Shown here in pieces: positions 1 to 7,660 of a stretch of 64,000 nt of DNA. Location: contig CAVZHW010000005.1 of the NCBI GenBank assembly GCA_963775225.1, positions 21,612 to 85,611 of the forward strand. The letters are read 5' to 3'. The DNA comes from an uncultured Chloroflexia bacterium. Lineage in GTDB: Bacteria > Chloroflexota > Limnocylindria > Limnocylindrales > CSP1-4. The stretch's first letter is position 1. Each line of letters opens with the position of its first letter. Position numbers and translations under genes: made by a program. Below the pieces are notes generated by a model. It was given only the letters and a program-made list of their open reading frames with translations, was not told the DNA's origin and made no database searches.

Positions 1-866
1 AGTGCGTCCACCGTGCCACCGATAGTGAAGGCCGTAAGCCCGCTGATCTCCGGCGACGCGCTGTAGACGGGCTGGCCCTCCTGCGCGTCCGTGACGCGTG
101 CGCGCAACCAGCCGGCGCGCACCTTGTCGATCGTGAAAGCGACGTGCCCGCGGGGTACGTGGACGATCACGTCGCCATCACGGTTCAGCCCGCCGGTAGT
201 ATCCCGGTCCAGTTCACAGGCGTCCCATTTCGAACCCGTCCAGGCCTCCCAGATGAGCGGCGGGTTTTCGGGGTCAACGCCGACGCCTTCGATCCGGCAC
301 TTGAAACGCAGATTGACCGCACACGAGGGGACCTCGCGATCGAGGCCGATCAACAGGACGTCGCCCGGCTTGGGCGTGGCGTCAAAGCAGAAGAAGCCGG
401 TGCGCAGCGCCAGCGCGTCGTTGTGATCGCGCACTTCCTTGGGTCCGATCATCGATGCCACGTTCTGCAACGAGCAGGTGACGACGGGCAGGCCGTCGAC
501 GGTCGAGAAAACGATCGCGGGTTCGGTGCCGGTGCGCACCGTGGCGACCTCGGTGCCCGCCGGAATGGTGACCGTGTCGGGCTGCGGGGCGGAAAGCCAG
601 AACGTGACCGGAGCACGCGCGGCGGTCGGCGCGAAGAGGCGCACACCGATCAGCTCGAGGAACTTGATGTAGTTCCGCTCGGGCACGCGGTTGAGCCGAT
701 ATAGGAGCAGGTCCGTCATCCACGCAAAGGTCTCGATCAGGGTGACTCCCGGATCGGACACGTTGTGGTCGGTCCATTCGGGACAACGTTGCTGGATCAA
801 CCTCTTGGCGTCGTCGACGAGATCCTGGAAGCGACGATCGTCGAGATTCGGGACAGGCAGGCTCAT
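1..866 (-). CDS. Baseplate-J/gp6-like baseplate assembly protein (Cis11/Afp11-like), N-terminal part; gene continues beyond the left window edge
   Basis: Absent from the ORF track because it has no stop in the window. My translation of the minus strand from the ATG at 866 is open to position 1: MSLPVPNLDDRRFQDLVDDAKRLIQQRCPEWTDHNVSDPGVTLIETFAWMTDLLLYRLNRVPERNYIKFLELIGV... The ATGA overlaps the gp25-like stop. The N-terminus is typical of CIS/phage baseplate-J family proteins. Confidence 0.8.
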   Translation of the reverse strand, partial: MSLPVPNLDDRRFQDLVDDAKRLIQQRCPEWTDHNVSDPGVTLIETFAWMTDLLLYRLNRVPERNYIKFLELIGVRLFAPTAARAPVTFWLSAPQPDTVTIPAGTEVATVRTGTEPAIVFSTVDGLPVVTCSLQNVASMIGPKEVRDHNDALALRTGFFCFDATPKPGDVLLIGLDREVPSCAVNLRFKCRIEGVGVDPENPPLIWEAWTGSKWDACELDRDTTGGLNRDGDVIVHVPRGHVAFTIDKVRAGWLRARVTDAQEGQPVYSASPEISGLTAFTIGGTVDA

Positions 867-1279
867 GGTCGCGCTCCCAGCTCAACTTCCTCGGGTATCA
901 CGTAGAAGGGGAAGACGAGATTGCGTGGATCGTTGGCGGACGCTCGCGTATAGCGGATGTCGATGTACATCACGCCGTCGTTGGCCGGATCGGGCGTGAC
1001 GTCAACGCCGAGAACCTCGATACGCGGCTCCCAGCGAACCAGCGATCCGCGGACCTCGTACGCGACTCGCGCTGCCGTCTCGCTGTCCACGGTGGCGAAG
1101 ACGAGGTCGTGGATGCCGCAGCCGAACTCCGGTCGCATCGGCCGCTCACCGTACGCTGTGCCCAGGATCAGGCGGATCGCCTCCTGCAGCTCCTGGTCCT
1201 CGGATACCAGGGCGACATGGCCCGAGGCATTCATGCGCAGCGGGAACGCCCAGCCCACGCCGATGAAAGTGCCGCTCAT
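863..1279 (-). CDS. gp25/GPW-like baseplate wedge protein (Cis9/Afp9-like)
   Basis: 138 aa with LQEAIRLILGTAYGERPMRPEFGCGIHDLVF, the hallmark of the GPW/gp25 family. GGAGG lies 6 nt upstream of the ATG. Sits between the PAAR-like and baseplate-J-like genes. Confidence 0.9.
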   Translation of the reverse strand: MSGTFIGVGWAFPLRMNASGHVALVSEDQELQEAIRLILGTAYGERPMRPEFGCGIHDLVFATVDSETAARVAYEVRGSLVRWEPRIEVLGVDVTPDPANDGVMYIDIRYTRASANDPRNLVFPFYVIPEEVELGARP

Positions 1280-1301
1280 TGCCCGACCTCCATTGCCACG
1301 G

Positions 1302-1691
1302 TCATCCGACGAGCACCGTGGCCGCAGTCGCCACGAGAGTGCCGGGCGTGACGCAGCAGGTCACACTCGACTGAGCGCTGGCGATCGGCTTGCCGCCGGC
1401 CATCACGGTCGGGCTGCCGGACAGGACATGTCCCATCTGCGCGGTCGGCACCATGAACGGATCGGTGGCATGCAGGCCGACGTGTGGCGGGGTGTTGTAG
1501 CCCGATGCGCCCAGCACCGCCACCGGCTTGCCGCCGATCTGGACCGTGGGCTCCAGACCCTGCAGGAGAGGCGCCGAAAAGGGCATCGGCGGCCCTGGAG
1601 TTGGGGCGCCCAGTGCGGCCGGATTGGGGATCTGGTGAATGGCGCAGACACCAGTGATCTGGTCGCTCATTACCGCCGCCGGCGCAGCCAT
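1302..1691 (-). CDS. PAAR-like spike-tip protein
   Basis: 129 aa, Gly/Pro-rich small beta protein directly downstream of the VgrG-like gene, the usual position of PAAR-like tips. An alternative start (MSDQITG) lies at 1670. Confidence 0.65.
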   Translation of the reverse strand: MAAPAAVMSDQITGVCAIHQIPNPAALGAPTPGPPMPFSAPLLQGLEPTVQIGGKPVAVLGASGYNTPPHVGLHATDPFMVPTAQMGHVLSGSPTVMAGGKPIASAQSSVTCCVTPGTLVATAATVLVG

Positions 1692-1702
1692 TTCCGCAGC
1701 CC

Positions 1703-3442
1703 CTAGTTCAGCTGGATCAGCGAACCGTCGATGTCGACGATGCCGCTGCTCTGGATCTTGACCCCGCCCTCGCCCTTGAGCGTCAGCTGCGCGCTTGACT
1801 CGAGCGACAGGTTCTGCTGCGACTTGATCTGGATGCCCTTTGTCGACTCGATGACGATTTGTCCATCCGCGTATACGTGGATCTCTGAGCCCGTTTCCTT
1901 GAGGGCGATGCGGAGCTTGTCGTCGCTGGTTATCAGCGCGATGCCGGACTTGCCGCTGTCGTCGAAGAGGACGATCCGATGGCCGCGGCGGGAAACGAAG
2001 CCGCGGCGCGTGACCTTGCCGTTATCGAAGAGTCCGTCGCCCAACCGCGGTTTGTCCACGCCGTTGTAGAGGCCGCTCAGCACGTAGGGCCTGCGCATGT
2101 CGCCGAACTCGAAGCAGACGAGCACCTCGTCGTGGACCTCGGGCAGGAAGACGGCGCCGCTGTCCGGCCCGGCGCCCAATTGGGCGACCCGCGCCCAGTC
2201 CGACTCGTACTCGTCCGACAGCCACGGAAACGAAAGCTTCACGCGGCCCAACTGCTCTGGGTCGTTGTTGTCGGTAACGATGCCGATGACAACGCCGTTG
2301 ATCGGCTGCGCGCCACCTCCCAGGCGAGTGCCTGAGCCGCCGACAGCGCCGACCGCCAGGCCGAGCAGCGATCGCTCCTGTCGGCCGCTGACGGTGAACT
2401 CTGTCCGGTAGCCGTCGTGATCGAAGACCTGGCGCACCGACGTCGGCGTGTACTTGCCCGAGAAGTCGTCGGCCACGACCGACACCGAAAACGGCACGCC
2501 CGGGCGCACATACGGGTTACCGCGTGCTACACCGACGGCCTCGGCAAACGCGCTGCCAATCTGTTCGGCGACCGCCTTGGCGGTCGCCTCGACGGCCGAT
2601 TGGTCCGACAGCGGACGGTCGACCGACACGAAGTCCGGGGCGTCGAACGTCGCCGCCAGCTGGCCCGGCTTGGCCGGCAGGTCCGCGCTGGCGGCAGTCG
2701 CCGGGGCTTGCGCCACGACCGTCTGCTTTTTCGCCGGGTCCCATCCGCGGACCTCGACGTTGCTGACCTGCTCGGATGAGGTGACGCGCGGACGAAATTC
2801 GATGAGCTCTTGGCCCATCACCAGCTGCAGCGGGTTGCTGGTCGAGAAGTCCCCTTCGCCCGGGCCGGCCTCGGCGTCGCGCGGCTTCGTGAACATGAAC
2901 TTGCCATCCTTGAACCCGACCTCATAGCCGATCTCCAGCGCGCGACCCTTCAGGAAGTCCCAATCCGACACGTTGGATTGGGACACGTGCTCGAACGTCG
3001 TCTGGGTTGCGTCGATCTGGCCGATCTCGACGCCAGCCCGCTGCGCCACCGTCCGCGCCAGGTCCGAATCGGTGACGTTGCGGTACGTGTGGGTACGCCG
3101 CCCGCGATGGAAGCGATGCGATGGGTCGTAGCCGCGCACGATGGCGTGTGAGCCAAGCTGGTCGTATTCGGCCTCGATCGTGGTTACCTCGGCGGTCAGG
3201 ATGGCCTGCGGCGATGTCTCGTCAGCCGCCGCCGCCTCGATGACGACCTTCGAGCCGATCTTGATGCGAGCGTCCTGCACAATCTGGCGGTCCTGATCGC
3301 GGAACGTGAGCGTGAACATGTCGGGCAGGTGCAGGTGCTGGTCGATGACCACCTGTTCCAGTACGCCATGGACCTCGTCACTGAGGGGCATTCCGTCGAC
3401 CTTGACCTGGGCCTGGACGCTGAAGCCGTTCTCGCCGCTCAC
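1703..3442 (-). CDS. VgrG / phage late-control-D plus gp5-like spike protein (Cis8/Afp8-like)
   Basis: 579 aa. N-terminal gpD-like region, OB-fold block VLVCFEFGDMRRPYVLSGLYNG, and a C-terminal beta-helix-like repeat region. 4-nt overlap with the upstream LysM gene. Confidence 0.9.
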   Translation of the reverse strand: MSGENGFSVQAQVKVDGMPLSDEVHGVLEQVVIDQHLHLPDMFTLTFRDQDRQIVQDARIKIGSKVVIEAAAADETSPQAILTAEVTTIEAEYDQLGSHAIVRGYDPSHRFHRGRRTHTYRNVTDSDLARTVAQRAGVEIGQIDATQTTFEHVSQSNVSDWDFLKGRALEIGYEVGFKDGKFMFTKPRDAEAGPGEGDFSTSNPLQLVMGQELIEFRPRVTSSEQVSNVEVRGWDPAKKQTVVAQAPATAASADLPAKPGQLAATFDAPDFVSVDRPLSDQSAVEATAKAVAEQIGSAFAEAVGVARGNPYVRPGVPFSVSVVADDFSGKYTPTSVRQVFDHDGYRTEFTVSGRQERSLLGLAVGAVGGSGTRLGGGAQPINGVVIGIVTDNNDPEQLGRVKLSFPWLSDEYESDWARVAQLGAGPDSGAVFLPEVHDEVLVCFEFGDMRRPYVLSGLYNGVDKPRLGDGLFDNGKVTRRGFVSRRGHRIVLFDDSGKSGIALITSDDKLRIALKETGSEIHVYADGQIVIESTKGIQIKSQQNLSLESSAQLTLKGEGGVKIQSSGIVDIDGSLIQLN

Positions 3443-4152
3443 GCCGCCTCCGCGAGGCGCCGTGCCTCACCGATCTCAGGCACCAGCAAAGTAGTGCCGG
3501 CCGGGATGCGCAGCGGATCGTCGATCTCGTTGTAAACGGCCAGCCCGCGCCAGAGAGTCGGATCGCCGTACTCGCCGTATGCGATGCTCGCCAGCGAGTC
3601 ACCCTCGACGAGCACGTGGCTGCGATAGCCCACGCGACTGCCCGAGGTCGGGTTCTGCTTCTTCGTCTGCTTGGGCACCTCTTCGAGGGTGATGTTGGCC
3701 GTGGCGCGAATGGGCATGCCGTTGTCGTCGAAGAGCGTGTACTTGGCCGTGACGGTCTTGAGGTAGCCCTGGAAATTGGCCAGCGCCGGATTGCTGCCCC
3801 AGTCGAATGCCAGGAGCGGCGGTCGGGGCTTCGGCTTGGCGAACGAGCTGGACGTCGGCGTGGTCCAATCGAGCAGCGTCGCGATGTCGTCGGCGATCGT
3901 GCCCTTGCCGGCCTCCCAATCGTCGAAGAAGATCTCGAGCTGGACCGTTTGCGGGTTCGTGCTCAGGTACTCGGGCGGAGGGGCGCTCTTCGCGTTCCTT
4001 GAGCCCTTCGACTTGCCGGGTTGCCACTGCGAGCCCTTGGTAATCGTGTATTCGCTCGGGTTGTAATAGAACTTCAGGCTGGTCCGCGTGGGCTGTCCGT
4101 CTGTCACCCGCAGGGTCGCCTGCGCCAGAGCACTGCTGCCACTACCTGCCAC
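3439..4152 (-). CDS. LysM-domain CIS protein (tube-initiator / gpX-like, Cis7/Afp7-like)
   Basis: 237 aa. The C-terminal GDSLASIAYGEYGDPTLWRGLAVYNEIDDPLRIPAGTTLLVPE is a LysM domain. The N-terminal half resembles the tube fold region of Afp7-type proteins. Confidence 0.85.
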   Translation of the reverse strand: MAGSGSSALAQATLRVTDGQPTRTSLKFYYNPSEYTITKGSQWQPGKSKGSRNAKSAPPPEYLSTNPQTVQLEIFFDDWEAGKGTIADDIATLLDWTTPTSSSFAKPKPRPPLLAFDWGSNPALANFQGYLKTVTAKYTLFDDNGMPIRATANITLEEVPKQTKKQNPTSGSRVGYRSHVLVEGDSLASIAYGEYGDPTLWRGLAVYNEIDDPLRIPAGTTLLVPEIGEARRLAEAA

Positions 4153-4161
4153 GTCGCCCCC

Positions 4162-4584
4162 CTACGAGAGAAAGCCGTTGTGAACGAGCTCGAGTGACTC
4201 GAACGCGGTGTCTTTGCCGTTCACGTCGAAGTTGGGCCCCGTCCACTTCGAGATCATCACGCCGTCCAGCGACCAGCTGCTGACCGTCAGCCCCTCCGCG
4301 TCGAGCGCAGTGATCTGCGCCGTATGACGTGTGCCGGGCTTTGCGACGGCGGACACCAGCGCCGCGAGCTTGCCCGAGTCCTGGTCGAGCGGCCGCGTCA
4401 GCTTTACCGTCTGGTACTTGCGCCGGCCGGGCAGCCGGTGGATGAAGCCGTTCTGGCCGCCCTCCTTGTATTCCTGGATTTCGTACTCGACGACCAGGCC
4501 CTCGACCTTGGTCCACTTGCCCAGCGTCGTATCGCCGTCGAGCGTGACCTGGAAGCGGAGTGTCAGCGCGTTCTCGGGCGACAT
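4162..4584 (-). CDS. Second tube-like protein (T4 gp19 / phage tail tube family, Cis5/Afp5-like)
   Basis: 140 aa. MSPENALTLRFQVTLDG...WTKVEGLVVEYEIQEYKEGG...KYQTVKLTRP matches the 'conserved phage tail region protein' family. Paralogous in style to the tube gene at 7179..7634. Confidence 0.85.
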   Translation of the reverse strand: MSPENALTLRFQVTLDGDTTLGKWTKVEGLVVEYEIQEYKEGGQNGFIHRLPGRRKYQTVKLTRPLDQDSGKLAALVSAVAKPGTRHTAQITALDAEGLTVSSWSLDGVMISKWTGPNFDVNGKDTAFESLELVHNGFLS

Positions 4585-4592
4585 CGCACGTC

Positions 4593-6569
4593 CTAATGCA
4601 GGTCAGTCAACAGGCCGGAACGCTCTCGCGCGACGAGCAGCTCATGTGCCAGCCTTGTGCGCAGCTTGGGGTAGAGGCGGTGCAGGAGCTCCTCGACCTC
4701 GCGGTCATCCAGGCGACCGCCCGTAGCGGTCGTGCCGGCTGGAGTCGTCGCGCTGGACGTGGCTGCGGGCGCCGAATCGGGCACGGCCTCGGCACGCTGA
4801 ACGGCCCGCCCGTCAGGCATGGCACGGCGAGAACTCGGCGCGGTGGCGCCTACCGGATTTCCGTGTGCCGGCTTCGTTGACTCGTCAGCTGCACTGCGCT
4901 GGAGATTTGGGCCCTCGGCCGCGCCGGCCGCAGCGGCTGCAGAGTCAGCTGGGCTGCCTGACGTTTCCCGTTGACTCGCGGTGGAGGTGGTTCGGCGCGA
5001 CAGGTAGGCTCGCTGAGCAGACTGCGTGGGCCGAGCGTCGGCACGCTCGGGCGACCTGGACGTGACGACGGCCTGGGCGAGTGGCGACAGCGGATCCGCC
5101 GCGGGAGCCGGCGATGAGGGTGCTTGCTCGTGCACGTGTGCTGCCTGGACTGTCGGTATCACCGGCAGGTCTGACTGAGCGACGCCCGTCATCTGGGACG
5201 CAGCCATGGATGAACTCGCGGCTCTCAGGCGTCCCTCGGCCCCGTTCCCGGCCACGGCCCCCGCCCCGGCCCAGTTGCGCAACAGCGGCCGATCGGAGAC
5301 GAGCGGCAAAGGCGGCACGGCGCGTGCGTCGGAAGCAGGCTTGGCCATGTGAGGTGCGATCGGGCGCTGCGGACTCGTGCGGGCCGCGCTGTCGCGTTGC
5401 AGGTGCGCCTCGCCTGCGCCCTGACTGGTTGCCACCTCGGCCGGCGCTGCCGGCTCCGCCTCACCCGTGCTCGACGCTCGGCCCGCGCCGCGGACGGCCG
5501 GTGGCGACGCTGCGTCGGTCATATCGGCCGCCTGGTCGTGTCCCATCGTCCGTGAGGGGTCCGGCGACGCTGAATGCGGAGTCACAGATGCCGGACTGTC
5601 GAGATGGCGCTGGACGCCGCGAGTCGCAGGCCCTGCTGGAACATCGGATGCCGGCGAGCGGCCGGATGGGCGGCTGGCGCCAGCGGGCCGCACCGGCTCC
5701 GTGCCGAGCCCGGGCGGCGGTGTATGCCGCCCCGGTCCATCGGCAATGGGCTCGCCCAGGCGTACTCGGCGAACGACGCCCGTTGTTCGCTGTGCGCTCA
5801 GCAAAGATGTGCTGGCTCGCGTCGAAGGCGTGCCCGGCGGCAGCGGGGTCGTCCGCTCCACCGCGCCGCGGCCCGGCCGTTGGTCACCGGCTGCAGGCGG
5901 GGCACTCGGCTGGTCGAACGGCGTCCGCTGCAGCGGCGCCAGCTGCTGGACGCGCGTCAGCGCTCCAGCCATGGGCTTAGGACGTACCAGCGGCAGCGCG
6001 GCTTTCGCTGAAGCTGTGGGATTGGATTCTGGCGTCGGCTGGATGGCCGGCCCAGCGGAGCTCGCGGCGGCGTGGCTGTGCGGCGAGGCCGAGGACGGCG
6101 ATGTCGTGGGCGGCCGAACGGGCGGCGGTGGCGTCTGCGGCGCCGGTTGGTCGAGGGGAGCTTGGTCGGGGTCCGGCGTCTGGTCGGTGTGAGAAGCAGC
6201 GCGCTGCAGCCAGCCATGCAGCCCGCCTGCTGCCCGCTTCTGCCGGTACTCGCCGATGGGTCCTGCCTGCGCCGGCGCGGGCTGGACCGTCGCCAGCCCG
6301 CTGACGAGGCCGTGCGGCGCCGTGGCCGAGCGCTCGTGGCCCAGGCGTTGGAGCATGGGGGCAGGTCGGTTGGCGCCGGCCAGATCGGCCTTGAACTCGC
6401 GCGGCGGTGCGAGCAGTGGCGAGTTGCTCATCGTCGGCTCGAGCGGCGGCAGTTGCCGCCACTCGGCGTGGCCGGGGGTGGCTCGCAGCGCGCCCCGGTC
6501 CGCCGCCGTCACGTCACCCGCGAGGCGTTGGACCGGCGTTTCGCGATGGAATGGCCACGCAAGGCGCAC
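4593..6569 (-). CDS. Pro/Ala/Ser-rich protein in the tape-measure position (putative tail length determinator)
   Basis: 658 aa with a GTG start. Mostly low-complexity P/A/S/T sequence with a structured C-terminus, DDREVEELLHRLYPKLRTRLAHELLVARERSGLLTDLH. Lies between the assembly ORFs and the second tube gene, as P2 gpT does. Contains eight [LV]QR triplets. Confidence 0.7.
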   Translation of the reverse strand: MRLAWPFHRETPVQRLAGDVTAADRGALRATPGHAEWRQLPPLEPTMSNSPLLAPPREFKADLAGANRPAPMLQRLGHERSATAPHGLVSGLATVQPAPAQAGPIGEYRQKRAAGGLHGWLQRAASHTDQTPDPDQAPLDQPAPQTPPPPVRPPTTSPSSASPHSHAAASSAGPAIQPTPESNPTASAKAALPLVRPKPMAGALTRVQQLAPLQRTPFDQPSAPPAAGDQRPGRGAVERTTPLPPGTPSTRASTSLLSAQRTTGVVRRVRLGEPIADGPGRHTPPPGLGTEPVRPAGASRPSGRSPASDVPAGPATRGVQRHLDSPASVTPHSASPDPSRTMGHDQAADMTDAASPPAVRGAGRASSTGEAEPAAPAEVATSQGAGEAHLQRDSAARTSPQRPIAPHMAKPASDARAVPPLPLVSDRPLLRNWAGAGAVAGNGAEGRLRAASSSMAASQMTGVAQSDLPVIPTVQAAHVHEQAPSSPAPAADPLSPLAQAVVTSRSPERADARPTQSAQRAYLSRRTTSTASQRETSGSPADSAAAAAGAAEGPNLQRSAADESTKPAHGNPVGATAPSSRRAMPDGRAVQRAEAVPDSAPAATSSATTPAGTTATGGRLDDREVEELLHRLYPKLRTRLAHELLVARERSGLLTDLH

Positions 6570-6575
6570 CCTGGC

Positions 6576-6734
6576 TTACTCCTCTTCATTCAGGCGTTGG
6601 TTGATGGCCGATATCTCGCGGACGAAGCGCTGCCGGTCGGCGTGCTCGAGGTTGAGGATCTCTTCCATCGGCCAGTGCAGGTGATAGGCGACGTACGCGA
6701 CCTCTTCGAAGAGCTGGTCAGTCGCGTACGTCAC
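6576..6734 (-). CDS. 52-aa conserved-looking small CIS protein (E'/T-like ORF; may be expressed alone or as a -1 frameshift extension)
   Basis: Not in the ORF track because it is under 60 aa. My translation: VTYATDQLFEEVAYVAYHLHWPMEEILNLEHADRQRFVREISAINQRLNEEE*. The GTG start overlaps the TGA stop of the 143-aa ORF (GTGA). The frame is -1 relative to the upstream ORF. Confidence 0.6.
   Translation of the reverse strand: MTYATDQLFEEVAYVAYHLHWPMEEILNLEHADRQRFVREISAINQRLNEEE
6690..6732 (-). promoter_or_regulatory. Perfect 12-bp stem-loop immediately downstream of the slippery heptamer
   Basis: gacgtacgcgac (6721..6732 on the minus strand) pairs perfectly with gtcgcgtacgtc (6690..6701). The 19-nt loop itself contains the palindrome ctcttcgaagag. 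The stem starts 4 nt after the heptamer and overlaps the GTG of the 52-aa ORF. Confidence 0.6.
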
Positions 6735-7162
6735 GATCCCCCCAGGCGATCACCTGCCAGATCAATCGCGAACTCGTGCTTGCAGCTCGGACAGGCGACC
6801 GTCGTTGAGGTTGTGCCCTCCTGGTTGATGCGCCGGTACAGGTCCTGCAGAAAGGCGAGATCGGAGGCGAACATGTTCTCGATCACCCCGGCGTGTACAT
6901 CGGTCAACGTGCCCAGGCGGGTGATGACGCGCGAGAGCAACAGTACGGTGAGGTAGGCCTCGTTCTCGCGGACACGCGGGTCACGCTGGGGAACGATCTC
7001 GTCCTTGGCCGTGGCCAGGCGCATCACGCCGTCGCGATGTACCCGTCCGGCGCCATCCACGTAGCCACGCGGCAGGACGAAGGCGAACTCTGTTCGGAGG
7101 CCCGTCTCGGCGCTGTCCGCGATGGACGGCGCCGGGTTCGGCAGGGCGGCCAGGGCAGTCAT
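6731..7162 (-). CDS. Tail assembly chaperone-like protein (P2 gpE / lambda gpG position)
   Basis: 143 aa between the tube gene and the tape-measure-position gene. No enzymatic motif; ends ...VACPSCKHEFAIDLAGDRLGGS. The function call rests on position only. Confidence 0.65.
   Translation of the reverse strand: MTALAALPNPAPSIADSAETGLRTEFAFVLPRGYVDGAGRVHRDGVMRLATAKDEIVPQRDPRVRENEAYLTVLLLSRVITRLGTLTDVHAGVIENMFASDLAFLQDLYRRINQEGTTSTTVACPSCKHEFAIDLAGDRLGGS
6737..6743 (-). promoter_or_regulatory. Candidate -1 slippery heptamer G_GGG_GGA
   Basis: Minus-strand reading is cgc ctG GGG GGA tcg tga. It fits X_XXY_YYZ in the zero frame of the 143-aa ORF, one sense codon (tcg) before its TGA stop. The downstream ORF is in the -1 frame. 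Confidence 0.45.
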
Positions 7163-7178
7163 GCTTCAGGCCGCCGTA

Positions 7179-7634
7179 CTAGACGCGCTCGATGCTCTCG
7201 CAGACGAGCGAGGCCTCTTCCATCAGCACTTCGTTGGCGCCTGCCTTGAGAGTGCCCGTCGAGATCTTCGAAATCCAGGCGTTGGTGAAGTTGTAGCGCG
7301 CGACCTCGGTTCCGTCGTAGCTCTTGAGGATGACCGAGCCGTGCTTGCGCGCGGTGTCGACCTTGCCCTGGAGCATTGCCTCGTGCCAGTCCCAGAGGGC
7401 CTTGGAGGAGTTCTTGGCGCGCTTGAGGGTCAGCGTCGGCGGCTTGTGTGCCCCCGGCGCCTTGTGGATGATCAGCTTTCCGTCGGAGGTGTTTTCCTTC
7501 AGCTCGATGACGTCGAGCTCGGAGGTAAGACCGCTGACCTCCGCGAACTGGGCGATCTCGACCGAGTCCACCTCGATCGCGAAGAGGTATGACGCGAGCG
7601 CGTCGGTCGGCAGATTGGGCAGGCCACCAGCCAT
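7179..7634 (-). CDS. CIS inner tube protein (T4 gp19 family, Cis1/Afp1-like)
   Basis: 151 aa. ...YLFAIEVDSVEIAQFAEVSGLTSELDVIELKENTSDGK...TLTLKRA... is typical of the phage tail tube protein family. Lies directly downstream of the sheath gene. Confidence 0.9.
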   Translation of the reverse strand: MAGGLPNLPTDALASYLFAIEVDSVEIAQFAEVSGLTSELDVIELKENTSDGKLIIHKAPGAHKPPTLTLKRAKNSSKALWDWHEAMLQGKVDTARKHGSVILKSYDGTEVARYNFTNAWISKISTGTLKAGANEVLMEEASLVCESIERV

Positions 7635-7660
7635 TTGTCAGGTCCTCCTTCTGTTCGGGT

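Noticed and set aside
382-885. Track ORF of 167 aa (MSWERDHEPACPESRR...) and overlapping plus-strand ORFs at 91..704
   Set aside because: They are Arg/Pro-rich off-frame shadows of the real baseplate-J-like gene, which reads cleanly in another minus frame from 866 to the window edge.
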